27,133 bases of DNA from NCBI GenBank assembly GCA_031366795.1, contig JANLOX010000473.1, forward strand, positions 1-27,133. Reading direction: 5' to 3'. The stretch is from Candidatus Eiseniibacteriota bacterium (GTDB taxonomy: Bacteria > Eisenbacteria > RBG-16-71-46). The notes under the pieces are model-generated. The model was not told the DNA's origin. It made no database searches and saw nothing but the letters and a program-made list of their open reading frames with translations. Below are positions 8,267-23,532 of this stretch, piece by piece. The position numbers and the translations under genes were made by a program. How positions within the stretch are numbered: the stretch's first letter is position 1; every line of letters begins with the position of its first letter.

Positions 8267-10220
8267 CCGCCGGCCCCCGGCGCGGTCTTGGGTGCGGTCG
8301 CCTTCGTGGTATCCGCGGGCGCGGCCTTCGGCAACACATGCGTGGTATCCGGCGAGGCGATCTTCGGCAGCACGTGCGTCGTGTCGGGCAGCGCCGTCTT
8401 CGGCAGCACGCGCGTCGTATCCGGGGGCGCGGCCGGCGGCGGCACGTGCGTCGTGTCGGGCGGCGCTGCGAACACCGTATCGCGCGAGCCCGGGGTCGCG
8501 CCGCCCGGCGCGCGCAATGCGCCGCCTTCGCCGAACAGGTTTGTCGAGTCGGTGGGCGCGGGCGCGACCTGCATGGCGCGGGGCATGCCGTGCGTGCCCA
8601 GCCGTAGGGAGTCATTGATACCCGGCACGGCCTGGCCCCCCAGCGGAATCGAGCCTTGTGGGATCGGCGTCAGGTGCGACAACGAGTCGGCGTGCGCCAC
8701 GGAATCCGCAGTGGCGATGACCGCAGCCGCGGCCAGCGCCGCGACCGAGTCCGCATGCGAGACGACGCGTTCGGGCAACCGGATCAGGTCCGTCGGCACC
8801 TCTTGCCCGTCGAACTCGAGGTAGTCGCGCGCGGCGAGTTGCGCCTCGGTGCCCGGGTACTCACGCACGACGCGCCAGAACAACGAGTCGGCGGCGGTCT
8901 TCTGCCCGAGCTTGCGGCTCAACACCCAGCCTTGCGCGTTGATGGCCTTGCCGGCCCACGCGCTTCCCGTGTAGTTCGTCTCGATCTTGCGGTATTCCTC
9001 GAGCGCGCGCGCGGGCTTGTCGAGTTGGAACAGGTACTGCTCGGCGACGAGGAACTCGGTTTGCGCCGCGTGCTCGAGCGTGTCCGCCACTGCGGTCTTG
9101 CGGTACTCCGACAGCCGGTCGATGCTGGCAACGCGCGAGGCGGCCTGGTCGGTGAACGAGCTGCCCGCGCCGATGTCGCGCACCTTCGCGTACTCGACGC
9201 GCGCCTTGTCGAAGTCGTCGGCCGAAGTCTCGTACGCGTAACCGAGCCGGTACTGCGCCTCGGCCGCGACCGGCGTGCGCGGGTAATCCTCGATCACGCG
9301 CTGGTACGACGCGATCGCATCTTCAAGGTGGTTCGAGCGCAGCAGCACCGTGCCCATGCGGGTCTTGAGCCGGCCATAGTCATTGGCGCCGGGCCCCGTC
9401 GGTGCCTGTGCAAAGCGGCCGCCGGTGGTGTCTACACGCGCCGGCTCGTGGACGTGCGCGAGGGCGTCCTTCAGCAGGCTGATCGCCTCGTCATACTTCA
9501 TGGCGCCCTCGAGGCAGTCCGCCTCGCGCAGCAGGTAGTCGAGCCGTTCGTCGTCGGTGATGGCGCGGTTTCCGAGGTAGCGGAAGTCCTCACGTGCGGC
9601 ATCAAACGACTTCTGCGCCACCAGCGCCTCACCGCGGGCGATGCGTGCCCGCAGGGCCAGCTTGCTGCGCGAGTAGCGCTCGATCACCTGCGTCACCGAT
9701 TGCGCCGCTTCCCCCGGCCGGCCGAGCGACAGCAGCACGCGCGAGCGTTCGTAGTAGGCGTACGGCACCATGCTGTGCTTGGGGAAGCGCGCCAGGTAGT
9801 CGTCGAACGTCTTCAGCGCCGGTTCGTACTTGCGCGCGCGCGCCTCGGCCACGCCGAGGTAGAACGTCGCATCCGCGGTGATCGAGCTCTTGGGATGCGC
9901 GGTGTCGAAGTCCTCGAGCATGCGAATCGCCTGGCGCGGGTCATCGCTGCCGATCAGGCTCTTGGCCCACAGCAGGTAGGCGTCGTCGCGGTACTTGGAG
10001 CGCGGATAGTTTGCGAGCGCCTTCTTGGACAGCTCGATCGCCCGCGGGAACTGCGGTGTGGTGCTCAGGTCGTTCTTGTCCAGCGCGTAGGGCACTTCAT
10101 CGAAGCTGCGATTGTAGTAGCGCCTCGCCAGGTACAGCGTGTTGTAGTACACGCAGCCCGGCAGCAGGACGACGACCAGCACGCCACACGCGAACCGCTT
10201 GAGCCACGACCGCGAAAGGG

Positions 10221-10224
<4 letters not shown>
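8263..10224 (-). CDS. Tetratricopeptide-repeat lipoprotein (BamD/YbgF-like repeats) with a repetitive Pro/Thr-rich tail, 653 aa
   Basis: Signal peptide with lipobox LPG-C followed by VYYNTLYLA. Many TPR units (for example [45 protein letters not shown]). Four-base overlaps with the carB stop and the pyrK start. Confidence 0.88.
8305..8466 (-). repeat. Degenerate 36-bp tandem repeat (about 4.5 copies) encoding 12-aa A-x-PDTT(H/R)VLPK-x units
   Basis: DTT codons recur at 8305, 8341, 8377, 8413 and 8449, an exact 36-nt period. Protein: [55 protein letters not shown]. Confidence 0.9.
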
Positions 10225-13427
<3,203 letters not shown>

Positions 13428-13479
13428 CAGCGCGCTCCTCCGAACAGGGCGCCATTCCCAAGGCCTGAGAGTTTCGGCG

Positions 13480-14688
13480 TCACGTCGCCTCGGTGGAGCG
13501 CGCGGCGGCGGTCTCCGCTTCGGGCTCGCGCACCTCGACAGACGCGCCGGAGCGTACGACACCCCCGCTGGACTGCTCGATCAACCCGGCGAAGGCGCGG
13601 AACCAGGGCCGCGAGTCGTGCGGACCGGGAGCGGCCTCGGGATGGTACTGGCAGGCCAGCACCGGCAGGCCGCGATGCACCATTCCCTCCGGCGTGCCAT
13701 CGTTGGCGCTCACGTGCGTCAGCTCAAACTCGCCCTGCGGCAGTGTCGCCTCGTCGACCACGAACCCGTGATTCTGCGAGGTGACCTCGACGACACCCGT
13801 GCGGCGGTCGATCACGGGGTGGTTGATGCCACGATGCCCGAACTTGAGCTTGCGTGTCGTACCGCCAAAGGCGAGCCCCAACAGTTGGTGCCCGAGGCAG
13901 ATGCCGAACGTCGGCACGCGCTCGGCCACCTCGCGCGCCGCGCGAATGGCGAAGTCGAGCGGTTCGGGATCGCCGGGGCCATTCGACAGCAGCACCCCGT
14001 CGGGGTGAAGTGCGAGCACTTCCTTGGCGGGCGTGCGCGCGGGCACCACGCCCACGCGGAAGCCTTCGTGATGCAGGCGGCGCAGGATATTGCGCTTCAC
14101 GCCAAAGTCGTAGACCACGACGAGCGGCTTGCCGTCGTCGCGCGGGTGAATCGTGTCGGTGACGCCATCGGCGCCCCAGCCGTAGGCCTCCGCGCAGGTG
14201 ACCACATCAGCCAGCGCGAGGCCCAGCATCGCGGGACTGTTGCGCGCGCGCGCGACCACGTCCTGCGGATCGCTGTCGATGGCCGAGACGCAACCGCGCA
14301 TGGCGCCGTGCTCGCGCAGGTGCCGCGTCAGCGCGCGCGTGTCGAGCCCGCAGATGCCGGGGACACCGCGCGCCTCGAGCAACGTGTGCACGTCGCCGGT
14401 CGAGCGGTAGTTGCTCGGCAACTCGCACACCTCGCGGCACACCATCGCCTGGGCGTGGACGCGATCGCTCTCCCAGTCCTCGTCATTCACCCCGTAGTTC
14501 CCGAGCAGTGGGTAGGTGAAGGTCACGATCTGGCCGCAGTAGGACGGATCCGACAGCACTTCCTGGTAGCCCGTCATCGCGGTGTTGAACACCACCTCGC
14601 CCGTGGTCGCGGCGCGTGCTCCGAACGATTCGCCGCGGAAGATGCGCCCGTCCTCGAGCGCCAGGAATGCCGGCGGGCGCAGCGTCAT
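13480..14688 (-). CDS. carA: Carbamoyl-phosphate synthase small subunit, 402 aa
   Basis: [41 protein letters not shown] (catalytic Cys), SQNHGF, QYHPEA. ATG at 14688 overlaps the pyrC stop (ATGA). Confidence 0.98.
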   Translation of the reverse strand: MTLRPPAFLALEDGRIFRGESFGARAATTGEVVFNTAMTGYQEVLSDPSYCGQIVTFTYPLLGNYGVNDEDWESDRVHAQAMVCREVCELPSNYRSTGDVHTLLEARGVPGICGLDTRALTRHLREHGAMRGCVSAIDSDPQDVVARARNSPAMLGLALADVVTCAEAYGWGADGVTDTIHPRDDGKPLVVVYDFGVKRNILRRLHHEGFRVGVVPARTPAKEVLALHPDGVLLSNGPGDPEPLDFAIRAAREVAERVPTFGICLGHQLLGLAFGGTTRKLKFGHRGINHPVIDRRTGVVEVTSQNHGFVVDEATLPQGEFELTHVSANDGTPEGMVHRGLPVLACQYHPEAAPGPHDSRPWFRAFAGLIEQSSGGVVRSGASVEVREPEAETAAARSTEAT

Positions 14689-15965
14689 GCCGGCGCCGTC
14701 ACGCCGAGCGCGTCGTGCGTCACGCGCCCCGCGCACACGGTGAGCAGCACGCGCCCGGTGAGCGACCATCCCGCGAACGGCGTGTTGCGGCCGAGCGAGT
14801 GGAACTGCTTGGGGTCCACGGTCCAGACGGCCGCGGGATCAAACAACACGAGATCCGCGGGCGTCCCCGGCTCCAGCGATACCGGGGCTAAACGAAAGCG
14901 GCGGCGCGGCGCCTCGCTCCATAACTCGATGGCGCGGGCGAGCGACACATGGCCTGGCATCACGAGTCCCGTCAGCGTCAGGGCAAGTGCTGTCTCGAGG
15001 CCGACGATGCCGAAGGGCGCCGCGTCGAACACCTGGCGCTTCTCGAGTTCGGAATGCGGCGCGTGATCGGTGGACAGCAGGTCGATGGTGCCATCGGCGA
15101 TCGCGGTAATCGTCGCCTGCCGGTCCGCTTCGTCGCGCAGCGGTGGGTTCATCTTGGCGTTCGTGTCGTAGTCGCCGACGCTCTCGTCGGTGAGCATCCA
15201 GTAGTGCGGGCAGGTCTCGCCGGTCACATCGAGCCCACGCCGGTGCGCATCGCGCAGGCCCTCGAACGAGGCCGCGCATGAGAGATGCGCCAGGTGCAAC
15301 CGTCCCCCGCTCAACTCGGCCAACTCGACATCGCGTCGCACCATCACCGACTCGGCGGCAGACGGAATGCCCTTGAGCCCCAGCCGCGTGGAGGTCGCGC
15401 CCTCGTTCATGCAACCCTCACCGCGCAGCGTGAGGTCTTCCTCGTGCACGATGATCGGGCAGCCGGTGTGCGCGGCGTACTCGAGCCCGTGGCGCATGAC
15501 CGCCGCCGACATGACGGGACGGCCATCATCGGAGAATGCCACGGCACCTGCGGCGGCGAGCGATTCGAGTGGTGCTAATTGCTCGCCCTGCTGGCCGCGC
15601 GTCAGGGCTGCGATCGGGTGCACGCGGCAGTGCCCCGCAATGCGCGCGCGATCGCGCACCCACTCGACCCACGCCGGCGTGTCGAGCACCGGCGCGGTGT
15701 TCGGCATGCACAGCAAGTCGGTGAAGCCACCCGCCGCCGCCGCGCGCGTGCCGCTGGCGATCGTCTCCTTGTGCGATTGGCCCGGCTCGCGCAGGTGCAC
15801 GTGGGCGTCCACGAGCCCCGGCGCCACCACCGCCCCGCCCGCGTCGATGTCGCGCGCGACGTCGCGCGGCACACGCTCGAGCACCACGCCCTCAGCGATC
15901 GCGAGATCAAAGATCGCGCCGCTGTTCCAGTGGCGCGCGTTGCGTATGACCAGCGCCCCGCTCAC
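14685..15965 (-). CDS. pyrC: Dihydroorotase (type I, Bacillus-like), 426 aa
   Basis: DAHVHLREPG (HxH), AAAAGGFT, MPNT.P, HLAHLS, KMNPPLR, TDHAPH, GRNTPF. GTG at 15965 overlaps the pyrB stop (GTGA). Confidence 0.96.
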   Translation of the reverse strand: MSGALVIRNARHWNSGAIFDLAIAEGVVLERVPRDVARDIDAGGAVVAPGLVDAHVHLREPGQSHKETIASGTRAAAAGGFTDLLCMPNTAPVLDTPAWVEWVRDRARIAGHCRVHPIAALTRGQQGEQLAPLESLAAAGAVAFSDDGRPVMSAAVMRHGLEYAAHTGCPIIVHEEDLTLRGEGCMNEGATSTRLGLKGIPSAAESVMVRRDVELAELSGGRLHLAHLSCAASFEGLRDAHRRGLDVTGETCPHYWMLTDESVGDYDTNAKMNPPLRDEADRQATITAIADGTIDLLSTDHAPHSELEKRQVFDAAPFGIVGLETALALTLTGLVMPGHVSLARAIELWSEAPRRRFRLAPVSLEPGTPADLVLFDPAAVWTVDPKQFHSLGRNTPFAGWSLTGRVLLTVCAGRVTHDALGVTAPA

Positions 15966-16984
15966 GCCACCTCCCGCCCCGCGCACCACGCCAGCACCGC
16001 CGCGCGCACGGCGACGCCGTTCTCGACCTGCGCCAGCACGCGGCTGCGTTCGGCGTCCGCGACTTCGCAAGTGATCTCGACACCGCGGTTCATCGGTCCC
16101 GGATGCAGCAGCACCGCGCGCGGCTTCATCAACTCCGCCCGCGCCATGTTGATGCCCCACACCTGAGCGTATTCGGCGAGCGAGGGCAGCAGGCCCTGCT
16201 CCATCCGTTCGGTCTGCAACCGCAGCACGATCGCGGCGTCGGCGTCGCGCAGCGCGTCCTCAGGCGACGGCGCCACGTCGCAGCCGAGCGCTTCGACATC
16301 GTGCGGAAGCAGTGTCGCGGGCCCCGCCACGGTGACCGAAGCGCCCAGCGTCGCGAGCCCGAAGCACGCCGAGCGCGCCACGCGGGAGTGCGCCACGTCA
16401 CCGATGATGGCGAGGCGCCTGCCCGCGAACTCGCCGTCCCACGCATCCGACAGCGTCATCAGGTCGAGCAGGCCCTGCGTCGGGTGCTCGTGCGCGCCGT
16501 CTCCGGCATTGACGACCGAGACGCCCAACTCGCGCGAGGCGCACAACGCAGCTCCCGCCGCGGGGTGGCGCATCACCAGCACGTCGATCCCCATCGCGGC
16601 GATGGTGTGCAGCGTGTCGAGCAAGGACTCCCCCTTCGAGCACGACGAGCCGGCGATGCCGAACGACAGCGGCGTGGCCCCCAACCGGCGCTCGGCCAAC
16701 TCGAACGACAAGCGCGTACGCGTGGAATCCTCGAAGAACGCATTGCACACCTCGACGCCCGCGAGCGTATCGCGCGGCACACGACCCAGGCTCCAACGCT
16801 GCCGCCATTGACGAGCGGATTCGAGCAGTTCGAGCAGGTGTTCGGCGGGCAAGCCTTCGAGACCGAGCAAGTGGCGGCGCGGCGTCAGCGAAGTGGCAGC
16901 GGTGGCGGAACGCGACGGAGCAGGATCAAAAAAAATCCCCGTGCTCAAAGGCGACGGGGCGCGCAACGCAGTCGTGTCGACCAT
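15962..16984 (-). CDS. pyrB: Aspartate carbamoyltransferase catalytic subunit, 340 aa
   Basis: FFEDSTRTRLSFE, KGESL.DT, NAGDG.HEHPTQ.LLD, GDV.HSRVARS, LRLQ.ER, HPGPMNRGVEI. ATG at 16984 lies 7 nt after AAGGA. Confidence 0.97.
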   Translation of the reverse strand: MVDTTALRAPSPLSTGIFFDPAPSRSATAATSLTPRRHLLGLEGLPAEHLLELLESARQWRQRWSLGRVPRDTLAGVEVCNAFFEDSTRTRLSFELAERRLGATPLSFGIAGSSCSKGESLLDTLHTIAAMGIDVLVMRHPAAGAALCASRELGVSVVNAGDGAHEHPTQGLLDLMTLSDAWDGEFAGRRLAIIGDVAHSRVARSACFGLATLGASVTVAGPATLLPHDVEALGCDVAPSPEDALRDADAAIVLRLQTERMEQGLLPSLAEYAQVWGINMARAELMKPRAVLLHPGPMNRGVEITCEVADAERSRVLAQVENGVAVRAAVLAWCAGREVA

Positions 16985-16991
16985 CGGACAT

Positions 16992-17025
16992 TCCTTCCCG
17001 GCCTCTCGGGGCCGCAATTAAAGGA
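16992..17025 (-). promoter_or_regulatory. PyrR-binding RNA hairpin in the pyrB leader
   Basis: Minus strand reads UCCUU-UAAUUG-CGGCC-CCGAGA-GGCCG-GG-AAGGA. It has the CCUUUAA motif, a CNGNGA hexaloop and the closing AAGGA, matching the PyrR binding-loop consensus. pyrR lies 1.4 kb away. Confidence 0.9.
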
Positions 17026-17049
17026 TTGGGGTGAATCGATTGCCGCGGC

Positions 17050-17079
17050 ACTCTACCCCATGGAAGCGCGCCCGCTCAA
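17050..17079 (-). promoter_or_regulatory. Candidate sigma70 promoter for the pyr operon
   Basis: TTGAGC-N18-TAGAGT on the minus strand, about 25 nt upstream of the PyrR hairpin. Confidence 0.45.
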
Positions 17080-17270
17080 CAATCTTGAAAACCTGAGTTT
17101 TGCCCGATAAAACTACTGCCCTCCTGAAAACCGGCTTGGTGGCCCGGCCCATGCCACGCCGTCCGCCTCCGTCCACCGGTACGCCACGACTGCACCCGAC
17201 GGTACACGTGGACATGCCGAGTCGCGGGAACTTTGGTGATGGGGCGCAATGGATTAACGAAGAATGATCG

Positions 17271-17287
17271 CTGGCATGACCTCTGCG
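17271..17287 (+). promoter_or_regulatory. Candidate sigma54 (-24/-12) promoter for the lipoprotein gene
   Basis: CTGGCATGACCTCTGCG has exact GG-N10-GC spacing (TGGCAT-N5-CTGC versus consensus TGGCAC-N5-TTGC), 80 nt upstream of the ATG at 17367. Confidence 0.6.
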
Positions 17288-17366
17288 AAGTATGCCTGCG
17301 TATCCTGCCCTCATTGGCCGGACCGGCGACCACGCCGCGACCGCAAGACAACGGAGGAACCCCATC

Positions 17367-18341
17367 ATGCGAGCCAGACTTCACGCAGCCCTGCTCCTGC
17401 TTCTCGCCGCCGGCATCATGTCCGGATGCAGTCGCAATTCGGCGCTCACCACGCCGAAGTCCTCGGTCAACGCTTCGAACGATGTCCAGGTCGTCAGCGA
17501 GTTGACCACGCAGCCGGGTGTCATCGAAGACGGCATCACCGACACCCAGGTCCAGATGACCTCAAGCGCCATCGGCGGGCTCTCCGCGATCCGCCCGCTC
17601 ACGTTCTGGCGCCACTTCACCACGCACGAGCGCCACTTCGAGATCGCCTACTCCGATACCGACTCGACCGGCGTCCCGACACGCGCGGTGGCCACCATCA
17701 CCACGCACCTGGCCGGCACCTTCAACATCCTCGCCGGCGCTCCGAGCAACGACTCCAGCGGCGCTCCTGCCACGCTCCTCTCGGATTCGACCCGCCACCT
17801 GGTCACCAAGCCACTCGATGAGACGCGTGTCCGCAAGGTGCTGCTGCGCCGCAGCGGCTTGCCGCGCGACGTGCCGCGGGATGCCGATTGCGATCACGAC
17901 AGCCTGCGTGTCCGCTGGCGTGTCGCCGGGATTACCGGCGCCACAGTCAGCTCGCTCGACCACACGACGCGGATCCAGAGCCTGCGCATCCGGTGTGGCG
18001 CCCTCGACACCACGATCACCGATCCGCTGGCGTTCGTACGCTTGCGCGGCCTGCTCCGCTTCGAGCCGGGTGCGCCGGTGACGCTGACGGTCACGACGTC
18101 CCACAATGACGACGTGGTGCTGTTCCACCACAACGATCGCCGCCAGCGGCTGACCAGCAATGGCGACGGCACCTACACGGGTGTGCTCACGAGCCGCCGA
18201 TTCGCGCGGGGCATGTGGCACTTCGGTGTCGATGCGATCTCGCACGGCTCGCTCTACGACGACGAGGCAGCCTACGATTCGCAGCGCTGGGCGTTCCCGT
18301 ACGTGTTCGCCGGCAACCGCATGGACGGACCCGCACTCTAG
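17367..18341 (+). CDS. Hypothetical lipoprotein, 324 aa
   Basis: GGAGG RBS, then MRARLHAALLLLLAAGIMSG-C (signal peptide II). Strong high-GC3 codon usage, a body that looks beta-rich, and a downstream terminator. No family recognised. Confidence 0.85.
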   Translation: MRARLHAALLLLLAAGIMSGCSRNSALTTPKSSVNASNDVQVVSELTTQPGVIEDGITDTQVQMTSSAIGGLSAIRPLTFWRHFTTHERHFEIAYSDTDSTGVPTRAVATITTHLAGTFNILAGAPSNDSSGAPATLLSDSTRHLVTKPLDETRVRKVLLRRSGLPRDVPRDADCDHDSLRVRWRVAGITGATVSSLDHTTRIQSLRIRCGALDTTITDPLAFVRLRGLLRFEPGAPVTLTVTTSHNDDVVLFHHNDRRQRLTSNGDGTYTGVLTSRRFARGMWHFGVDAISHGSLYDDEAAYDSQRWAFPYVFAGNRMDGPAL

Positions 18342-18365
18342 CCGCAAGCGAAGCGCACCACGCAA

Positions 18366-18404
18366 AGGCGCCGGATCTCGCGAGAGGTCCGGCGCCTGAT
18401 TTTA
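18366..18404. terminator. Intrinsic, probably bidirectional terminator between the convergent lipoprotein gene and pyrR
   Basis: AGGCGCCGGATCTC-GCGA-GAGGTCCGGCGCCT is a 14-bp stem with a GNRA loop, followed by GATTTTAT on + and preceded by AAA. Confidence 0.8.
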
Positions 18405-18430
18405 TCGCTGCGGCGGCTCAGCGCCCGGAC

Positions 18431-20333
<1,903 letters not shown>

Positions 20334-20337
<4 letters not shown>

Positions 20338-22481
20338 CTCTTCTCGCCTTCGACCACCACGCGCGACAGGTCCCAGCCACGCACGAACAACTCGCGTACT
20401 CCCGTGAGCAGCGCGAGCCGGTTGAGCCGCACCGCGGCATCCTCGGCATTCACGAGCACGTCGTCGAAGAACGTGTGGATCGGCGCTTCGAGCTCGAGCA
20501 GGGCCGGCAGGATTTCGGCGTACTGGCGCTTGTCCCACAATGGGTCCGTACGCTTGCGCGCCGCATCAAGCGCCGCGCTCAGCGCCTGCTCCGCGGGCTC
20601 CTTGAGCAGCGCGGCGTCCAGCGCGCCGGGCTTCTCGGTGGCAGCCTTGAGGATGTTGGCGACGCGCTTGAACAGGATGACGAGCGGGCCGAAGTTGCGG
20701 TTGCCGCGGAACTCGGCGAGCACACGCGCACGCGCCAGCGCGTCGCAGGGATCCGCCCAGCCCGCGCGACGCTGAGTCGTAGCCGCCTCCCCCGCCGCCA
20801 CGGCGATGCGCGCCTCGAGGGCCGTGTCACGCGTGTCGTAGGCGATGCCGCGCTCCTCGAGCGCCAGCTCGATGCGCCCGCGCCAGAATTCGGCGAGCTG
20901 CTTCATGATCGCGGCCTGCGGTAGTTGTGGATCGGCGGTAAAGAAGATGCGCGTCGCTTCCATTGTCGTGGCCTGCAGATCCAGCCGCCGCTGCTGCTCG
21001 ATCAGGATGCGCACGACACCGTTACCTGCTCGCCGCACGCCGTACGGATCCTCGCTGCCGCTCGGCACCTTGCCGCCGACGAACGACCCGGTCACATGGT
21101 CGAGCTTGTCGGCGAGCGAAAGGATCGATCCGGCATCGGACGAAGGCAGCGCATCACTCGAGCCGCGCGGGCGATAGTGCTCGGCGATCGCCGCGGCGAC
21201 GTCCTCGGGCTCACCGGCGCGCCGGGCGTAGTGACCGCCCATGGTGCCTTCGAGGCTCGCATACTCCTTACCGCTGCCGATCATCTCGGACAGCAGATCG
21301 GTCTTGCACAGCCACGCCGCGCGCCGCGCCGCGGCATCGCTGGCGGGCGCCAACCGGGAGGCCAGCCAGCCGCTCAGCGAATCGAGCCGCGCAGCCTTCT
21401 CGCGCAGGCTGCCCAGACCCTCCATCCACACGACATTCGCCAGCGTCTCGATACGCTCTGCGGGCGCATGCTTGATGTCGGTCTCCCAGTAAAACGTGGC
21501 ATCCTCGAGCCGCGCGACCAGCACTTCCTGGTTGCCCTTGCGCACGATGTCGAGCCCGCGGCCATCACCGTTGCGCGCCGCGATGAAGAACGGCAGCAGC
21601 TTGCCGTTCGCCTGCTCGACCGCATAGAAGCGCTGGTGCTCGCGTAGCGCCGTGACGATGACCTCGCGCGGCAGGTCGAGGTACTTCGGGTCGAACTGCC
21701 CCGAGAACGCCGTCGGCCATTCCACGAGATCGGCATTGATCGACATCAGTTCGGGATCGAGCACGACCTGCCCTCCCGATTCACGCGCCAGCGCCTCGAC
21801 CTGCTGCGACAATCGCTGCGCGCGACGCTCGCGGTCCGCGATGACCTTCACATCATCGAGTGCCCCGAGATAACGTGCCGCATCGCCGATGCGCACAGGT
21901 CCGCGCGCGAGGAATCGATGGCCCATCGAATCGGCCCCCGCGACCACGCCGAATGCCTCGACCGGCAGCACCTGATCGCCGAGCAGCGCCACCAACCAGC
22001 GTACCGGGCGCGCGAAGCGCGTGTCGTTGTCGAGCCAGCGCATCGACTTGGGGAATTGCAGCCGCGTCGCCAGCGTCGCGAGCAGCGGCGTCAGCACTTC
22101 GGCCGCGGGCTTGCCCGTGTGGTGCACCGTCACCGCGACGTACTCGCCCTTCGGCGTCGTCACGCGCCGCACCGCGGCTACATCGACGCCCTTGCCCTGG
22201 CAGAATCCCAGCAACGCGCGCGTCGGCTTGCCTTCGGCATCGTAGGCCGCCTTCGTGGCCGGCCCCGTCGCTTCTTCATCGAAGTTGGTCTGCCGGTCGA
22301 CCACGCCGCGTACATACAGCGAGAGCCGCCGCGGCGTGCCGTACATCGTGAGCCCTTCGAAGCCGAGCCGGCGCTCCTTGAGGGCAGCATCCGCCTCGCG
22401 CTCGAGCTGGGCCAGCGCCGGCTCGATGTAGGACGTCGGCAATTCTTCGACGCCGATCTCGAACAACAGGTCACGCGCCAC
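20334..22481 (-). CDS. glyS: Glycine--tRNA ligase beta subunit, 715 aa
   Basis: [76 protein letters not shown]...NRLALL. GTG at 22481 overlaps the end of glyQ. Confidence 0.97.
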
Positions 22482-23439
22482 GCTGGGCCTCCGCTGCCGG
22501 GAGCTTTGCCAGCCAGCGCTCGCGCTCGGCCGCATCCTTGATCAACGGATAGCCCATCTCGCCGCGCTGCTTCACATACGCGGCGGTGGCCTTGCGGGCC
22601 AGCTTACGCACGCGACCGATATAGCCCACGCGCCCGCTCACCGAGATGGCGCCACGCGCGTCGAGCACGTTGAACAGGTGCGAGCATTTGATCACGCAGT
22701 CGTAGCCGGGCATCACCAGCCCGAGATCGAGCAGGCGCACGGCGTCGGCTTCCCAGTGCTTGAACATGGCGAAGTGCGTCTCGACGTCGGCGGCTTCGAA
22801 GTTGTAGCGCGAGAACTCGCGTTCGTTCTGCAGCCACAGGTCGCCCCACGTGACGGCCGGCATACCGTTGCCGCCGGCGGACCACACGAGGTCCTGCACG
22901 CGCTCCTTGCCCTGCAGCATCATGCCGATGCGATCGAGCCCATAGGTGAGCTCGGCCGAGATCACGTCCAGATCCATCCCGCCGCACTGCTGGAAGTAGG
23001 TGAACTGCGAGATCTCGGTGCCATCCATCAGCACCTGCCAACCGAGCCCCGCCGCACCCAGCGTCGGCGACTCCCAGTCGTCCTCGAGCAGCCGCAAGTC
23101 GTGGTCGCGCGGCTCGATGCCGATCGCGACCAGCGAATCGAAGTACTGGTCCACGACGTCGGGCGGCGAGGGCTTGAGCAGCACCTGGTACTGGTAGAAC
23201 TGCTGAAAGCGGTTGGGGTTCTCGCCGTAGCGCCCATCCTTCGGGCGGCGCGAGGGCTCGACATGCGCCACGCGCCAGGGCTCAGGCCCGAGCGAGCGCA
23301 GGAAGGTCGCGGGATTGAACGTGCCCGCGCCGACTTCGGACGGATAGGGCTGCGCGATGACGCAGCCGCGCTCGATCCAGTACTGCTGGAGCGCGGCCAT
23401 CATTTCCTGGAGTGATCGGCGGGGCTCGAGTGCGGACAT
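22471..23439 (-). CDS. glyQ: Glycine--tRNA ligase alpha subunit, 322 aa
   Basis: [91 protein letters not shown]. Confidence 0.98.
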   Translation of the reverse strand: MSALEPRRSLQEMMAALQQYWIERGCVIAQPYPSEVGAGTFNPATFLRSLGPEPWRVAHVEPSRRPKDGRYGENPNRFQQFYQYQVLLKPSPPDVVDQYFDSLVAIGIEPRDHDLRLLEDDWESPTLGAAGLGWQVLMDGTEISQFTYFQQCGGMDLDVISAELTYGLDRIGMMLQGKERVQDLVWSAGGNGMPAVTWGDLWLQNEREFSRYNFEAADVETHFAMFKHWEADAVRLLDLGLVMPGYDCVIKCSHLFNVLDARGAISVSGRVGYIGRVRKLARKATAAYVKQRGEMGYPLIKDAAERERWLAKLPAAEAQRGA

Positions 23440-23532
23440 CGCGTCTCCTGTTCCACCCGTGGGGCGTGATGCGGTAGTTGAGCGGGGCAGTCTACCGCAC
23501 GGGACAGGCCCCGATCGAGCCGCCCTGACTGC

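Noticed and set aside
8305..8466. 36-bp periodic repeat as a possible CRISPR array
   Set aside because: No unique spacers, the units are degenerate and in-frame within a coding sequence, and no cas genes are nearby.
14685..15965. Possible inactive PyrC' (pseudo-dihydroorotase) partner of PyrB
   Set aside because: The metal-binding HxH, the later His residues and the catalytic Asp (TDHAPH) are all present, so it looks active.
17018..17384. Small ORFs 17018..17368 and 17076..17384 (-), including a possible pyr leader peptide
   Set aside because: Atypical composition and no RBS; the region is better explained as divergent promoter DNA.
23440..23532. T-box riboswitch upstream of glyQS
   Set aside because: The gap is only 93 nt, with no T-box consensus (GGTGGNACCGCG) or terminator.
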